In this document: positions 25,723 to 39,955 of the stretch, piece by piece
Position numbering within the stretch: position 1 is the first letter of the stretch
Layout: each line of letters starts with the position of its first letter
Assembly: GCF_009914755.1 (NCBI RefSeq)
Contig: NC_060947.1
Length of the DNA stretch: 64,000 nucleotides
Origin: the human T2T-CHM13v2.0 reference genome, Homo sapiens
Direction: 5' to 3' (one strand)
Program-made: the position numbers and the translations under genes
The notes under the pieces: generated by a model
What the model saw: only the letters and a program-made list of their open reading frames with translations
Databases searched by the model: none
Told to the model about the DNA's origin: nothing

Positions 25723-27418
25723 ATCATCTCTAAATATCATAGTCTAAACCCTGTAACCCTTTTGCTTTCATTTTCAGATAAAATCCTGCATGACTGCTTA
25801 ACCCTAACTGATCAACTTATTTCTCCCAGGACAGACCTACAAGAGACCCTCCCCCCTCTTACAAATACTGATGTTTGGTTTGAAAGTGGATCTTAATTAA
25901 AGGAAGAATATGGAATCTACCAAGCTAGTTATGATATAGTTTCTTAAACTGAAGAAATAGAAAGTGCCTATTTTCCAGAAGCCACTTATGCTCAACAAGC
26001 AGAATTAATTGTATTGGTTAGAGCTTGTCGATTGGCAAAAGCAATGTTATGAAAGCAAAGAAGTTTCTTAACCTTTTCAGGTAAATACATTAAAAAATAG
26101 ACATACACAAGGTTTCTAAACCTTTTCAGGTAAATACATTAAAAAATAGACATATCACAACTACTGAAAGCCATGCTATTACCAAAATCACTGGCCATTA
26201 TTAAAATTCCAGGTCATTCCAAATCAGATACTCCATAAAACAGAGGAAAATAGCTAGCTGATAAGGTAGCAAAGATAGCTGCTCTAAACAACAACAACAA
26301 AACCTCTAACCTATTAACTTTTAAGGAAGTACCTGAATTTGACATAAAATTGGCTCAATCCAGAATCCTAAAATCCAAATAAAAAGGCTGGGAAATGAAA
26401 GGGGGAAAATACTCCTGAAAAGATAAGGTATGATATGGGCCAAATGACTTGCCCATATTTCCTGCTAAATTATAGTCATTATTTCTAACTTATGTGCATG
26501 ATTTAATTCACTTGAGTCCTGACAAAATGGTTGTTTGGGGGAAGCATTATTATTGGAAACATTCTCCAACTATAGCTCATAAGGTATACAACCACCATCA
26601 TATTTGCCAAAGTACAATCCAGGAAAACTATGACACAGTTCCCAAGGAACTATGTAGAATCTGGCCTATTCTTCAACATTTTCATTGTGCTTAATACCCC
26701 CAGTTATCTGGATTAGTAGAATGCACAACGAAAATAATCAAAATCTAATTGGCAAAATTAACTGAGGCTTTTTAAATTTCTTGGCCAAAACTTCTTCCAT
26801 TGGTCTTGCTAAACCTAACATTGACTCCTTTCATTAACACATTATCTGAAATCAGAAATTTGAAATTATAACAGGCAGACCTATGAAATTATCTCTTGGA
26901 TAGTGTGTCTCCTTAATAATGAGGGGGATACATTTACCTATTGTAATAGTCTTATGACACAATTAACTAAAAATTATATATTGGTAACAGAATAGTAAAA
27001 GAATGTTTTCACAGTAAGTTCCCAGGAGATGAAAATCTTGAGCACCGGGAGCTTCAAAGTGGAGATTTTGTCTATTGGAAATGACACCTTCTAAAGTATT
27101 CTCTAACTGAGATGGAATGGACCTTATTTGATACTCCTTACTATTTCTTGTGCTGCTAAATTAGAAGACATAGATGCTTGGAGTCATATCACTCATCTAA
27201 AGACAGCTGAACTTCCTGAATGGACTGTTTCATCAAAAGGTGGTCTTTGAATTAAGATAAGCAATACTAGTAGAAGATGATGACATCAGAGGTGGTCAAC
27301 TTTCCATAGACTTGGGGCCAGACTTGTTTCTAAATGAGTGGTTATACTTACTTTACAGTAGCTGTTATTATAGCTGTCTTAGGAATATTGATGATTGTTA
27401 CCATCTTATGTAAAGTAG

Positions 27419-28206
27419 TGAGAGACAGGACTAGCTGGATTTCCTAGGCTGACTAAAAATCCCTAAACCTAGCTGGGAAAGTGACCACTTCCACCTTTAA
27501 ACATGGGGCTTGCAACTTAGCTCACACCCGACCAATCAGATAGTAAGAAGAGCTCACTAAAATGCTAATTAGGCAAAAAAAGGAGGTAAAAAAATAGCCA
27601 ATCATCTGTTGCCTGACAGCACAGTGGGAGGGACAATGATCAGGATATAAACCCAGGCATTCGGGCCAGCAACAGCAACCCCCTTTAGGTCCCCTCCCCT
27701 TGTATGGGAGCTCTGTTTCCACTCTATTTCACTCTATTAAATCTTGCAACTGCACTCTTCTGGTCCGTGTTTGTTATGGCTCGAGCTGAGCTTTTGCTCG
27801 CCATCCACCACTGCTGTTTTGCCGCAGTCACAGACCCGCCGCTGACTTCCATTCTTCAGGATCCGGCAGGGTGTCTGCTATGCTCCTGATTCAGCGAGGC
27901 GCCCATTGCCACTCCTGATCAGGCTAAAGGCTTGCCATTGTTCCTGCAAGGCTAAGTGCCTGGGTTCGTCCTAATCGAGCTGAACACTCGTCACTGGGTT
28001 CCACGGTTCTCTTCCGTGACCCACGGCTTCTAATAGAGCTATAACACTCACCGCATGGCCCAAGATTCCATTCCTTGGAATCCATGAGGCCACGAACCCC
28101 AGATCAGAGAACACGAGGCTTGCCACCATCTTGGAAGCCACCTGCCACCATCTTGGAAGAAGCTCACCAGTCTTGGAAGCTCTGTGAGCAAGGACCCCCG
28201 GTAACA
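27419..28206 (+). mobile_element. LTR17 (HERV-W) full-length solo LTR
   Basis: tgagagacaggactagctggatttcctagg...gagcaaggacccccggtaaca matches recalled HERV-W LTR; CCAAT boxes, GATATAAA TATA, ATTAAA polyA signal; TSD gtag/ttag. Confidence 0.95.
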
Positions 28207-29054
28207 TTAGGACATTTGCCTTATTTTAACTAAATTTCTTAAATTAACTAAAATGAATGTTATATTTTTCTCATAGTTGTCCCTTTGTCCCAGTGCATAG
28301 AATGGCATAACACTTTGGTTAAGTTACCCAAAGTGTTGCCACTAGACGAACCTATCAGATTGTTGAATTTGCCACATAATTCCTAGATCAATTCATGACT
28401 AATATATGCCATTAGTAATACATTCCACTGACTTCTCAGATTTCCCCAAAGTCACCACTTATTTAGACTGACCTCTTTCTGAATTGACTTTCCAGGTCTG
28501 ACTGTTTCATAACTCAGATATTACGAATACTTGTTTTAATGTGTCCCTTGTTATTAATGTTGGAAACCCATTCTATATCACAGGATATCCACAATCCATG
28601 GACTGAGTAAACAAATGTATTCTAGATAAAGTTAAAAATAAGTCCTTACTAAGCCAATACCTAAATTAAGACTTTTATGTAAATGGATTCTGAAAAGCTT
28701 GCAGGGGAAGGAACCCATGGTTCAATTTGGTAATGTCAGCACTCCCTATGAATAAATCCATTAGTTAACATACCCTTGGGGGTATCACCTGTGCTCCCTC
28801 AGGCTATGTTTTGGTATGTGAAGCGAGGTCTGATCTGCCTACACAAACATGGGCACACTGTTGCCTCAACAATTTACAAGTGAAGGTTTCTGCTTGCTGA
28901 GACATTTTGTAGCCCCCCTTATCCTTACACAAATACAGAAAATAACCCCCTTTTTATTTTCATTACAGAGCTAAAAGGTCTGTATAGACCTAGAAAGCAT
29001 CCTAGAAATAATGATTCCAAGTTCTGGAGTTTATGTCAGTTGAGATATGATTTG

Positions 29055-29344
<290 letters not shown>

Positions 29345-30048
29345 TGAGATATGATTTGAAACCTATCCACCACTATTTGTCAGATAGATGAAGACACTGC
29401 AAAAAGTATTGCGGCTCAACAAAAATCCTTAAATTTTTGTAGCCCAAGTAGTACTAGACAATAGATTTGCCTTAGACTACTTGTTGGCTGAAAAAGGAGA
29501 TACCCGTGCAATAGCAAAACCACCTGTTGTACTTATATTAACGTCTCTGGAGAAGTAGAAACAAGAGTGGAAAGGATAACTTAGAAGGCTAAATGGCTAC
29601 AAGATACAAGTAAAATTGATCCTTCAAATGACTTGCATGGTTGTTTACCCTCAGGACTAAGTTCTCTATTTTGTTCTGGTATTCAAGTTGTGATTATTAT
29701 CATCACAAGCATAGTTGTTATTTTTCTGGTTATTAAGTTAATCATGATTTGTCTTTCTACTTGTTTAAAATCAGCGGGAAAAAACTAAAATAATGATTGT
29801 TTACAGAATTGTAATTGAAGAGGCAGCACTGTAGCCTGACTCATTACAAAATCACCTCCATGTTGCTCTACATTTGGGCTATTAACTGTATCAGTGTCAA
29901 TTTGTCCAAAACCCTCTGCTATGGGACATAGCCTAGGAATGAGCCTTCCCAGTTACACAGGACCCAAGCCCCTGAACATAAAAGAAGTCAGAAATATTTA
30001 ATTCATCTATGATGCTTTCTTGAAGAGATTTTGATGAAAAGGAGGAAA

Positions 30049-30599
30049 TGTAAAAATAATTCCAAATCAAAGCTGTTGGAATTTTCCATTATTTTGAGCC
30101 TTAAAGGAAAGTGATTATTGGACCTGAGTCATGTGACAGGCAGCTATAACATTTGTTCCTCTGGTTATAGATTAGCCTTTTATTTATGTACATTATTTTG
30201 CAAAGTGTAAAAAATCTAAAGGATGCAAGAGAAGAACTGTTTCCTCTTTACTGTTGATCTTCGCAAAGATTAACTTCCCTCTTACTTTTCCTATACAAAG
30301 ACCTCACAACTCTCGTATTCTCTAAAATAAAATGTTAAATATACTCTTTTTAATTAGAAAAAGAAAATAGCTGTAACTAATCAAATTGCTGTAAGTCATA
30401 AACCAGCCTTTTACAAAAATGTTGTCATTCTGTTAAATTTCTTTGTTTTCTGCCTATAAAGCAAGATCTAACTTTTTAGCTTCAGAGCACTGACCCCACT
30501 TCTTTGAGGTCTGTTTTACCTGAATGGCCATTCTCAGCTCTGTGCTTGAATAAACTCCATTAAACTGGATTCTGATCCTTTCAATTATTTCAGTTAACA
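30049..30599 (+). mobile_element. 3' LTR of the ERV1 provirus (LTR24-like, tentative)
   Basis: Follows the PPT; TG...CA ends; TATAAA near 30455, AATAAA near 30549. Confidence 0.8.
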
Positions 30600-30713
30600 A
30601 TGTCATTTCTATGCATATTGATTTGCCACCACAAACTTATGCAGAAACCAGGGATCATTGTGGCAGAAGGTGGTATCAACTCTCTGCCCTTCCCTCTTAC
30701 AGTTCAAAAATAG

Positions 30714-31566
30714 TGAGGATATTTCCCGTGACTCCTTTGCGGGCCTCATGAAGGGGTGGCTCATTTACCCAGCCCACAGCTCTGAACCCCTCACGAGAGG
30801 GGGAGCACACATGAGCATGTGCAGAGGCCAGGGCGAATGAACACTGGAAATGGCTAGTTACTTCTCTCTGGTGGGAGCAGGCTCTGTGTGGGCCCTGAGG
30901 TAGCATCCAAGTGTGTTACAATGCTGATTTAGCTCTGCAGTTCGGGCGTGAGTGTCTGCGACCCTCAGAGCCCCAGAGTGTGTGTTTTGCAGTCAGTGCT
31001 CTTTTAGCATTTGTTGCCCACGGATGGCTAAGTGTTAACCAGCTCGGTGGAGGGTCAGGGTGACAGCCTTTTATACCCTGTCCTCTTGGTACTCGAGTTC
31101 TTGTTCAGTGTCCAGGAAGAATTAGGTCACACAAACGAATTGAAGGGTGGTGTATATGGAGGATTTTATTGAGTGGTGGAAGTGTCTCTTGTGGGAAGGG
31201 AAGCTAGAAGGGGGATGGAGTGCGAAGATAATCCCCTGGAGTTTGGCCATCCCCAACTGAACTCTCCTCCGGAGTCCCACCATCAAGCCATAACTCTGAA
31301 GTCAAGCTGCTTGCCTCTAAGGTCTGGCTGCTTCTTCTCTTCTCTCCTTCTCTGCAGCTCTGCTCTGCTCTCATGCCACTGGAGTTTAGGGATTTTATGG
31401 GTGGGGCGGGCACCCATAGGATGATTTTGGAAAAGGCAACATTCGGGCAGGAAAATAGGGATGTAAAGTTCTCATTTAGGGTCAGGGGTCCAGGCTTGAG
31501 GATGGAACCCTTACAAGGGACTCCACCATTTTCTACCTAGTATTTCCTTGCCTCCTGTCCATATCA
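30714..31566 (-). mobile_element. ERV1 solo LTR (LTR1/LTR27/LTR28/MER52 group)
   Basis: Reverse complement begins tgatatggacaggaggcaaggaaatactaggtagaa; TSD atag/atgg. Confidence 0.8.
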
Positions 31567-32776
31567 ATGGTAAAATGAATCTAAGGTTGAAAAGAACCCA
31601 ACTGAGGCCAGATGGCAGAAAACAAAGGAAGCTCCTGGGAGAGAAAAGAAGGTCTGTTCAGTGACCCAAATGTAACACTAGAGTCAAGGTAGTTCTAGAT
31701 GGGGTGATGGTTGATACATTAGTTCTTGCTGGCTTAACTATATTACTGTTATGTTTGCACATTAGGAAAAACAACTGGGGTGTGTGGGGGTGGGTGTGTG
31801 TATGTGTATACCAGGAAGAGAAAGAGAGATCAAAAGTTATAACTCTAAAGGCCCATACCAATTAGGCTGTAGAACAATCAGAGATGACCATAAAATCAGT
31901 AGGAGGAGCATATTATATTTCATTCCAAAGTTCCAATGGTGTGGAAGAGGCAAGAGCAGCAGCACCACTTTCTGTAGAGATCCTAAACTTTGAGTGTAGA
32001 ATAGCAGCAGCAATTCGATTTATTTTCATGGTTTGTATAATCTTCAAAAACCAATCAGAATAATCAGGATTAACCCATTGAAGTGAGAACCCCTGCTGAC
32101 TTTGGGACTTTTAAGGGGACAAGACCTGAGTGAAAGGGAGTAGAAAGATCAGACCGCTTGGGTATTTGTGTGGGTAAGGATTTAGGGTAATTATATCTAG
32201 AAAAAAATAGGAAAGAGAAGGCAAATTGAATTTATGTGGGAGCCACCGACAGATGAGATCTGGAGAATGTGGTCTATATGATTGTTCTGGATGTGTTACT
32301 TTTCTAGAGGGTAAAGCCCCTTAAGCAGTCAGCCCATTCTCTTGCATTGTCCCATCTGGCCCACCATGGCAGTGTTTCTACAACACCCTAAGAAAGGTAC
32401 TCTATACTTGACTTTGCCACAGAGAAGGGAAATTTAAATGACTAAAATTATGTATGTTTGGAGCAGGGTTGCCTTATGGGAACAGATGGAAATATGTTCA
32501 GATTCTTTGTATTGAAAGATGAAGATTGAGACAGGATAGGTTCAAAATCTACCAAATTGAGATATGGATAGAGTTAACCTAGATTGTTTAGCAAAACTAC
32601 AGAATACCAGAATTATAGGACATTACCCTATCCACCCCGACTCCACTCCTAAACCTTTAAAGAGGTAGTCTTGGAAACATAGAATAACAAGTAGTAGTAT
32701 AGCCAAAGAATGAAGATGTTGATTTTTTTCTAAATCCCAATTGAAAGGATAATTCTGCTCCAAAAGAGATTTCTTT

Positions 32777-33079
32777 TTTTAAAATTTTTCTTTTCTTTTT
32801 TTTTTTTTTTTTTTTTGAGACGGAGTCTCACTCTGTCACCCAGGGTGGAGTGCAGTGGCGCGATCTCGGGTCACTGAAAGCTCGGCTCACTGCAAGCTCC
32901 ACCTCCCGGGTTCACGCCATTCTTCTGCCTCAGCCTCCCGAGTAGCTGGGACTACAGGCGCCCGCCATCACACCCGGCTAATTTTTTGTATTTTTAGTAG
33001 AGACGGGGTTTCACTGTGTTAGCCAGGTTGGTCTCGATCTCCTGACCTCGTGATCCGCCCGCCTCGGCCTCCCAAAGTG
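32777..33079 (-). mobile_element. AluY, 5'-truncated, CpG-rich
   Basis: 17-bp TSD ccaaaagagatttcttt (32760-32776 and 33080-33096); AluY diagnostics gcaagctcc, cacgccattct, ctcgatctcctgacctcgtgatcc. Confidence 0.95.
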
Positions 33080-34397
33080 CCAAAAGAGATTTCTTTAACT
33101 TTTGAGTCCTTTCCAGGCTTAGCAAGAAAGAGTGTGGTTATTGATTAATGATGTCTTTTATGCGTGTGTGTTGGGAAGAGTATCAGTAATGGTGCCACTA
33201 TTCACCATGGTTGACCAAAGCTTTAGGTCAGAGTCAGCATGGAATTTCTCAAGGTCTTAGGAATCTGCATAATTTCATATGTGCTTTGTTTTATACATGA
33301 TAATTTTTAAATGTACTGGGAATCGATTGAAAGAATGTTTTAGGGAAAAATATGTAGGAACAAAAGATTTAGCAAGGGGAACTTTGCCTCTATGGAACTA
33401 CCTTGCAAATAATTTTTACAAGACCCTTCCCCAGGCATTTTCTAAGGGGAAAAAAAAAGCAAATTTTTTTACTTTACACACCAGTGAAGAAATTTCCTAA
33501 AGAGTTCTCTGAGGTAAAAAAAAAAAAAAAAAAATCAGGAGACTTAAAGAAGTAAACAGAGAAAGTTCATGATGGTTATGCTAGTATAGGTGGAAAAAGT
33601 TGCTGTCTGATAGGATAAGTCCACATGTCTTTGTAAGATCAGTTAAAATAAGTCCCATTTTCATGGGTCAGGAAGAAGCCTCCATTGATCTAGTAAAGTC
33701 TCATGAATAGGGGTCACTCTAGGTTCATGGTCCATAATCAGCCAACATTTTTTCTGGTAAGGAATAGTTGTGGTGAAAGACAGCATTCCATCCTAATAAT
33801 GTATAGGCAAGTACTGCTGTATGAGTGAAGAATTCTCCTCTTACATTCCCAAGTGCCCATTTGGTGAGATGAACCTGTCTCTTCTCCATCAAATACAAAC
33901 AGGCTTATTATGACAAGCTTCTTTGTAATGCAAAGCAAAAACCAGTGTTACTCCTTTGATGTTCTGACTTTCAATTTGAGTCAAAATAGTTTTGAGTGCA
34001 AAGCACCTGGAGTAAAGTAGCCTCCATGAAGCTGACTTGTGTTGAGAATAAGATGAGTCAGTGCCTGGCTTACCTGGGCTATGTACAGCCATGAGGATTT
34101 GTCAGCCAAGTTCACCCTACCCAAAAGTAAAAGTTACCTTTTTTTTACTCTTATTCCTCAATGTGTATTTATACCCTTGAAACAGTTTACATTCTTTCCT
34201 GTGTAACAGTAGAAATAGAGTGTATCCCACCTAAGTAGAGAAACTCTAAACCACCAGGACTAGGTCATGGCCTCTGGAGGCAAAACAGAAACCCTAGTCT
34301 CTTAACCACTTTTTCTTGGAGTATAGGTAAGTCTAGTGGAACAGAGTGGGGGAAGTTAGGAAGGAAGTCTTGATTAAGGAAGACTGAGGACAAGATA

Positions 34398-34834
34398 TGG
34401 TAGACTGAATAAGCAGTCCTGAAGGATTTGCTCTCCTCTTCTCCTTAAAAGGATTCTATGTCCCCACCCATAGAGCCATGTGACTTGCAGTACCTCTTAT
34501 ACAAGGGGTATACTTTCTCCCCCGATTCATGTTGTACTTGGCCAGTGTAATATGAATCAACATGACATGTGTCACATCTAAGCAGAAGTCTTAAGCTAAA
34601 TGGCATGGTATGGTTCTGGTTCTTGCTCTTTTCTCTCTCCTTGAGTATAGCACAGCCCAAATAGGGGCTGCTCCTTCACCCTGAGACCCAGGATAAGAAA
34701 CTTTATAAAGCTGACTCACAGCCAGGAACAGACCCAGATCTGCAAGTATGTAACAGGAGAAAAAAATAAATCATTGCCACAAGCCACCCCAGAGTCTGGG
34801 CTTGTTTGTTACCATAACAAAGCTGACTAATACA
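34398..34834 (+). mobile_element. MLT1 solo LTR
   Basis: gccatgtgacttgcagtacctc...; ends gctgactaataca. Confidence 0.7.
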
Positions 34835-35659
34835 CAAGGGATATCAAGTCTGTGCCTTGGCAGAGTCTGTGCCTTGGCAAGATGAGAGGGTAGAAGAGAG
34901 GACATGGGAAACAGGTATGTTGTAACTGTTTTTTGACTATTTTGTTTCTCAGTTTTCAGGACACAGTCAGAGAAATTTTATGTCCTTGTACCAAAACAAG
35001 ACAGATCTTTCATTGCTTCCCTTGGGACTGAGGCTTTACCATGACTCCAGGGGATCCAGTAGTCATTCCCTGGGGTCATTTCCTATTCCTTGGGTCCCTT
35101 AGATAGAAAAATTCATTCCAGTAGGGCTCAATATATTGGATTTACTTTTTTATCTTATCACTAATGTCTTCTCTGCAAAAACAGAGAATCAGAGCAGAAT
35201 TGTTTTAACCATAGTGGGAAACAGTGCAGTTACCCAGCATAATATCTCCAGTGATTTATTAAAGTTCACTTAAATAACTACTGCCTTACAACACTTCTTT
35301 GTATCACTTTTCACTGGAACATGCGATTTTTTTTTTTAGTATTCTGCAGAATCAGGTGAGCAGATATTCTAGCACTATTACCAACAACCAGTAGCCAGTC
35401 AGCATAATAGAAGTCAGCTGAGTTTGACCTCAGGCAAAAAGTAGCTTCACATATGAAAAAAGATCCTTTTTCTATTAACATCTATTCTTCTCCTCTTTCC
35501 ATTTTTCATGCTAGTGCTTCCACATATGAAGTTATCATCTATTAAGTACCCATTACTCACCAGGCATCTTGCATATTTATATGTGGTTTACAGTATATAC
35601 AACAACCCTTCAAGGTAAGCAGTTATTCCCAATTTACAGATAGTCAGTAACTTACTATA

Positions 35660-36190
35660 TAAGTTTAAGTTTTCTACTGCTGCTGTAAGAAATTTCCAAA
35701 AACTAAGAAGCTTAAAATAACATTCATTTATTATCTCACAGTTCTGTAGATCAGAATCCAGGTGTGACATAACCCAACCGGATTCTCTGCCTGGGGTCTC
35801 ATAAGGATGAAACCAGGGTATTGGCAGGGTTGTGCTTCTTACAGGAGGCTTTGGGGGTGAACGAGCTTCCAGGCTCATTTAGGTTGTTGGCAGGATTCAA
35901 TTACTTGTGGTTGTGGGTCTAAAATTCCCATTTCCTTGCTGGCTGTTACCCAGGAGCCTCTCTTGGCTCCTCTATCTTCAAGCCAGCAATGGTGGATCCA
36001 GTCCTTCTCATGCCTTCAACCTCTCTGACTTTCCCTTCCGCCACATTTATTCTGCCTTTCTCCTCCCCTACATCTGTCTGACCTCAGCTGCAGAAAGTTT
36101 CTGCTTTTAAGGGCTCATGTGATTAAACTGGGCCCATCTGACTATGGGGTTTTGCCATGAAAGTAACATATTTACAGTTTCCAAGGATTA
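35660..36190 (-). mobile_element. MLT1 solo LTR
   Basis: ctgctgctgtaagaaatttccaaaaact...tttattatctcacagttctgtag... Confidence 0.8.
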
Positions 36191-36777
36191 GAACAGAAGT
36201 AGATGTGAACCAAGGCTTATGAGGCATGCCCTTCCCATGAATTCACTCTGCCTTTCTAACACATTTAATTTTCTAGAGCATATAATAAAAGGAAAAACAG
36301 GGAGGAAAAATGTCTTAAGCAAAGCATAAATGTATTTAGTAAATAAAGTCTGTTTCCAATTTCCAACATGATTTATACCTTTGGAATAGAGCACTCAAAA
36401 TCGTCAAAGTTTCAAATAAATCAATGTTGTTGTTTCACTCCATATTCTGAAGGAGCAGTGAGAGTGTGTATTCAATATACAAACACTTTTCACAATGAAT
36501 ACAGATGAAAATTGCCAGAATCACTTTGCTAATTCATTCAAGACTGACTAGGCTTATTTCTGGCAGAAATGAAAGCACTTTAAACACAAAACACTCTCTT
36601 AGATCCACTAACACTACAAGGTAGCTTAAAGGTTTCACTACAACAGGCATACACTACCCCCAATTGTCAGTAATAACCAAGGCCTCATAGTATTTCTGAG
36701 AAGCTGACACATTGACTTCCTGGACCCTGAAGCAAAGTTTGTTTCGCATCTTACAATGTGTGTGAATGTAGTCCTGT

Positions 36778-37323
36778 AAGAGGGTCTAAGCTTGTACCAC
36801 TTATCATACAACAGCCAATAAGTCAAGAGACAAAATTTTAGGGCAAGGAAGGTGACTTTATTCAGTCAGCCAGCAAACTGAGAAGGTGGTGGACTAGTTT
36901 TCTAAAATACAATCTTAAGTCAGAACAAATTTCAGGCTCTTTTTATATTAAGGGTAGGGGGAAGAGGAGGAGATTTAAGTAGAAAGACATAACCAATGAC
37001 CACGGACATCTGGGTGCCAGTGAGGGTCCAAGGAGATTGGAAGACTTCTTTCTCTTGGTCATGTCACAATGTTCCTACAAGTCTTTAACATAATATTGGT
37101 ACTTGTGTGTACACTCTCCTTATGTTCTCAGGGGTGAGTTTTAGGGAAGGGACTATTATCATTTTTTCTGATGGTGAACTATAAACTACATTCCTCCCAT
37201 AATTAACTGATCTCCATGCAAAGCTAATTAGAAGCTTTTAACCTAAAGGATATTACTGCAGGTGGGAGGGGGAAGTCAGAGGCAAAATGGAGGGAGTCAT
37301 GCTGGCCTCCCTCCACTGTAACA
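36778..37323 (-). mobile_element. ERV1-type solo LTR (family not assigned)
   Basis: TG...CA ends; tttatt (antisense AATAAA) at about 36856 and tttata (antisense TATAAA) at about 36942. Confidence 0.65.
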
Positions 37324-37744
37324 CTACCCACACTTATCTGGATCCCAATATTGGCAGAGTCCTGTCAGAGTTAAAAGTTGTAATGTAGAACAGATGAATG
37401 GGACCAAGACAAATCACTTTTGGAGTTGAATTGGCCTATCACTAAAGCCTGCCTGCCAACATCAGGCACACCTGACATAAGTGCTTAAGAAATGCTTGCT
37501 TACAACTTTACCACTGAATTCTCATGTCCAATGATGAGTCATTGATTTATGTATTCAATATTTATATTAGGTATTCTGATGTAGCCAACACTGAGCAAGG
37601 AACTGGACGTACAGCAATGCATACCACGGTCTTTGCTTTCAAAGAGCTCATGATCTGGTTGGGAAATTTAGGCCATATAAATGTATAAGGATTACTTGCC
37701 CAAAGTAGAAATCAGTAAATATGAGTTGAATAAATAACAATAGT

Positions 37745-38815
37745 GAGAAACTTGTTGAACATGTAAAAAACTGCTCAACAGTATACTCATTAGGGAAATG
37801 TGAATGAGAACCACAATGGGACACCACTTCACACCCACCAGGATGTTTACAATATTTAAAAATGGAAAATAACAAGTGTTAGCAAAAATTTAGAGGAATT
37901 GGAGCCCTCACACATGGCTGGTGAGATTTTAAAATGGTGCAGCCTGGTGGTGGGCGCCGGTAGTCCCAGCTACTCAGGAGGCTGAGGCCGGAGAATGGCG
38001 TGAACCCAGGAGGCAGAGCTTGTAGTGAGCCAAGATCCTGCCACTGCACTCCAGCCTGGATGACAGAACAAGACTCTGTCTCAAAAAAAAATAAATAAAA
38101 TAAAATAAAATAAAATAAAATAAAGTGGTGCAGCCATTTGGGAATATAGTTTGGCAGTTCCTCAAAAGATTAAACATAAACTTACTATATTAACTAGCAA
38201 TTACACTCATAGTGGAATTTATTAAAGTTTATTTAATGGAGTATATAACTTATGGGGTATATGGCACAATGGAATATATGTACTTATAGATAGATAGACC
38301 CAAAAGAATTGAAAGGCATTCAAACAAAAATTTGTATATGAATATTCATAGAAGTATTATTCATGAGAGCCAAAAAGTAGGAAAAAACCCCAAAGTCCAT
38401 CAGCTGATAAATAAACAAAACGTGGTACAGCAATACATTGGAATATTGTTTCACAATAAAAAGAAATGAAGTACTGACACATGCTACAACTTGGCTGAAC
38501 CTTGAAAATATGCCAAGTGAAATAATCCTGACACAAAAAAACACATACTGTGTGATTATATTTAGAAGAAAACTCAGAAAAGCAAATTTGTAGAAACAAA
38601 AAGTAGACTACTGGTTACCACTAAATATCCAGGATAGGTAGCTAGAGAGAGACAGAAAGTAGTTTAGGGCTGCCTATGACCAGGGAAGCCAGGGGAATTG
38701 GAAGGTGATAGCTAAAGGATACAGAGTTTCTTTTGGGGATGATCAAAATATTCTAAAATTATGTCGATGGTTATATAACTATTTGAGTACACTAAAAACC
38801 ACTGAATTTTACACT
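37745..38815 (+). mobile_element. L1M (L1MB-like) 3' end, interrupted by Alu
   Basis: catagggaaatg...caccacttcacacccaccaggatg; aaaagaaatgaagtactgacacatgctacaac. Confidence 0.85.
37945..38120 (+). mobile_element. 5'-truncated Alu (AluY-like right monomer) with (TAAAA)n tail
   Basis: TSD aaa(a/g)tggtgcagcc on both sides. Confidence 0.92.
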
Positions 38816-39955
38816 GGTAACTGCAAATGAGGCACCCTTTTTGAAGGTCATCCTTTGATTTCCTTCTAGGACTGCGAAAGAGTACTTGCTTAATTTGAGC
38901 ACTTGGCACATCATTGCTAGTGGGGCTCAGACAGGATTTGTATTTTACCAAATATTGACATCTCTTCAAATGATGAGGATAAACAAAGCCTGAAAAATTC
39001 CCCATTCTCTTCCCTTAACAGCAATTGCTTGCACGGCAAAATCAACTCCAGACTAGAGTCTACCTTGGGGGTGACCCTGGGCTTGATCCATATCTGTCTG
39101 AGCTTCAGCTTCCTCTAGTGTATAATGGAGATGGCATCAGATAGGGTTGCTGAGAAGCACAAATGATATATGTAAATATGCTTCATACGGGAAAGACATT
39201 CACTATAATATTAGCAGGTGTTATTTCTGCACTGTATGATTATAAATAAGTTTTATTTTCTTCACTATGTTCATCTATATTTCTCAAGTTTCCAGAGAAA
39301 GCTAAAGGAAAAAATGTTACATGTTTTTATAATTTACAATGCAAATAGTAGAAGTTGTTTCTGTTTCCAAAATTGGATTAGGGAATCCAACGAAATAGTT
39401 TTTTCAGGGGGGGTGGGGCTGATTTGGGTTTGGTACACAAGAGAAAGCAGTCATGGGTAAGGAAGATGCACTAGTCATATAACCTTGAGTGAATCACTTA
39501 ACCCCAGTGACTCTCAGTTTTCTTATCTGTAAAACAATTATAATACATCCTACCTCAAAAGATTTTGTGGGGATTCAATGCATGTGAAAGCATCTAGTAC
39601 AAGGCCTGGCCTGTAGTAAGTGCTTGATATATCTGTTTCCTGTACCCAAAAAGAAGGAAAGAGAAAAAGAAGGGAGGAAGAGAAGGAAGCAGTTTAGGTC
39701 TATAAATTCACCCCATCTAACTTAGTGCAAGTATTTTTTGATTAATAGAGAGGGTTCTAATTGAGAAAGTGTAAAGCATTCTAAATCTTTCAGATAAAAG
39801 CATGTGTCATCTACTTCATGTCTCTAAGAAAAGTAAAATCAATATTTGAATTAATTGAAGAAATTAAATGGCTGCAGAAATAAGTTTTGAATGTAACAAG
39901 TTTCAACAAGAAAGTAGTTGGTAAATGATGATACAGAGAGCAACAGAGCACTCGC

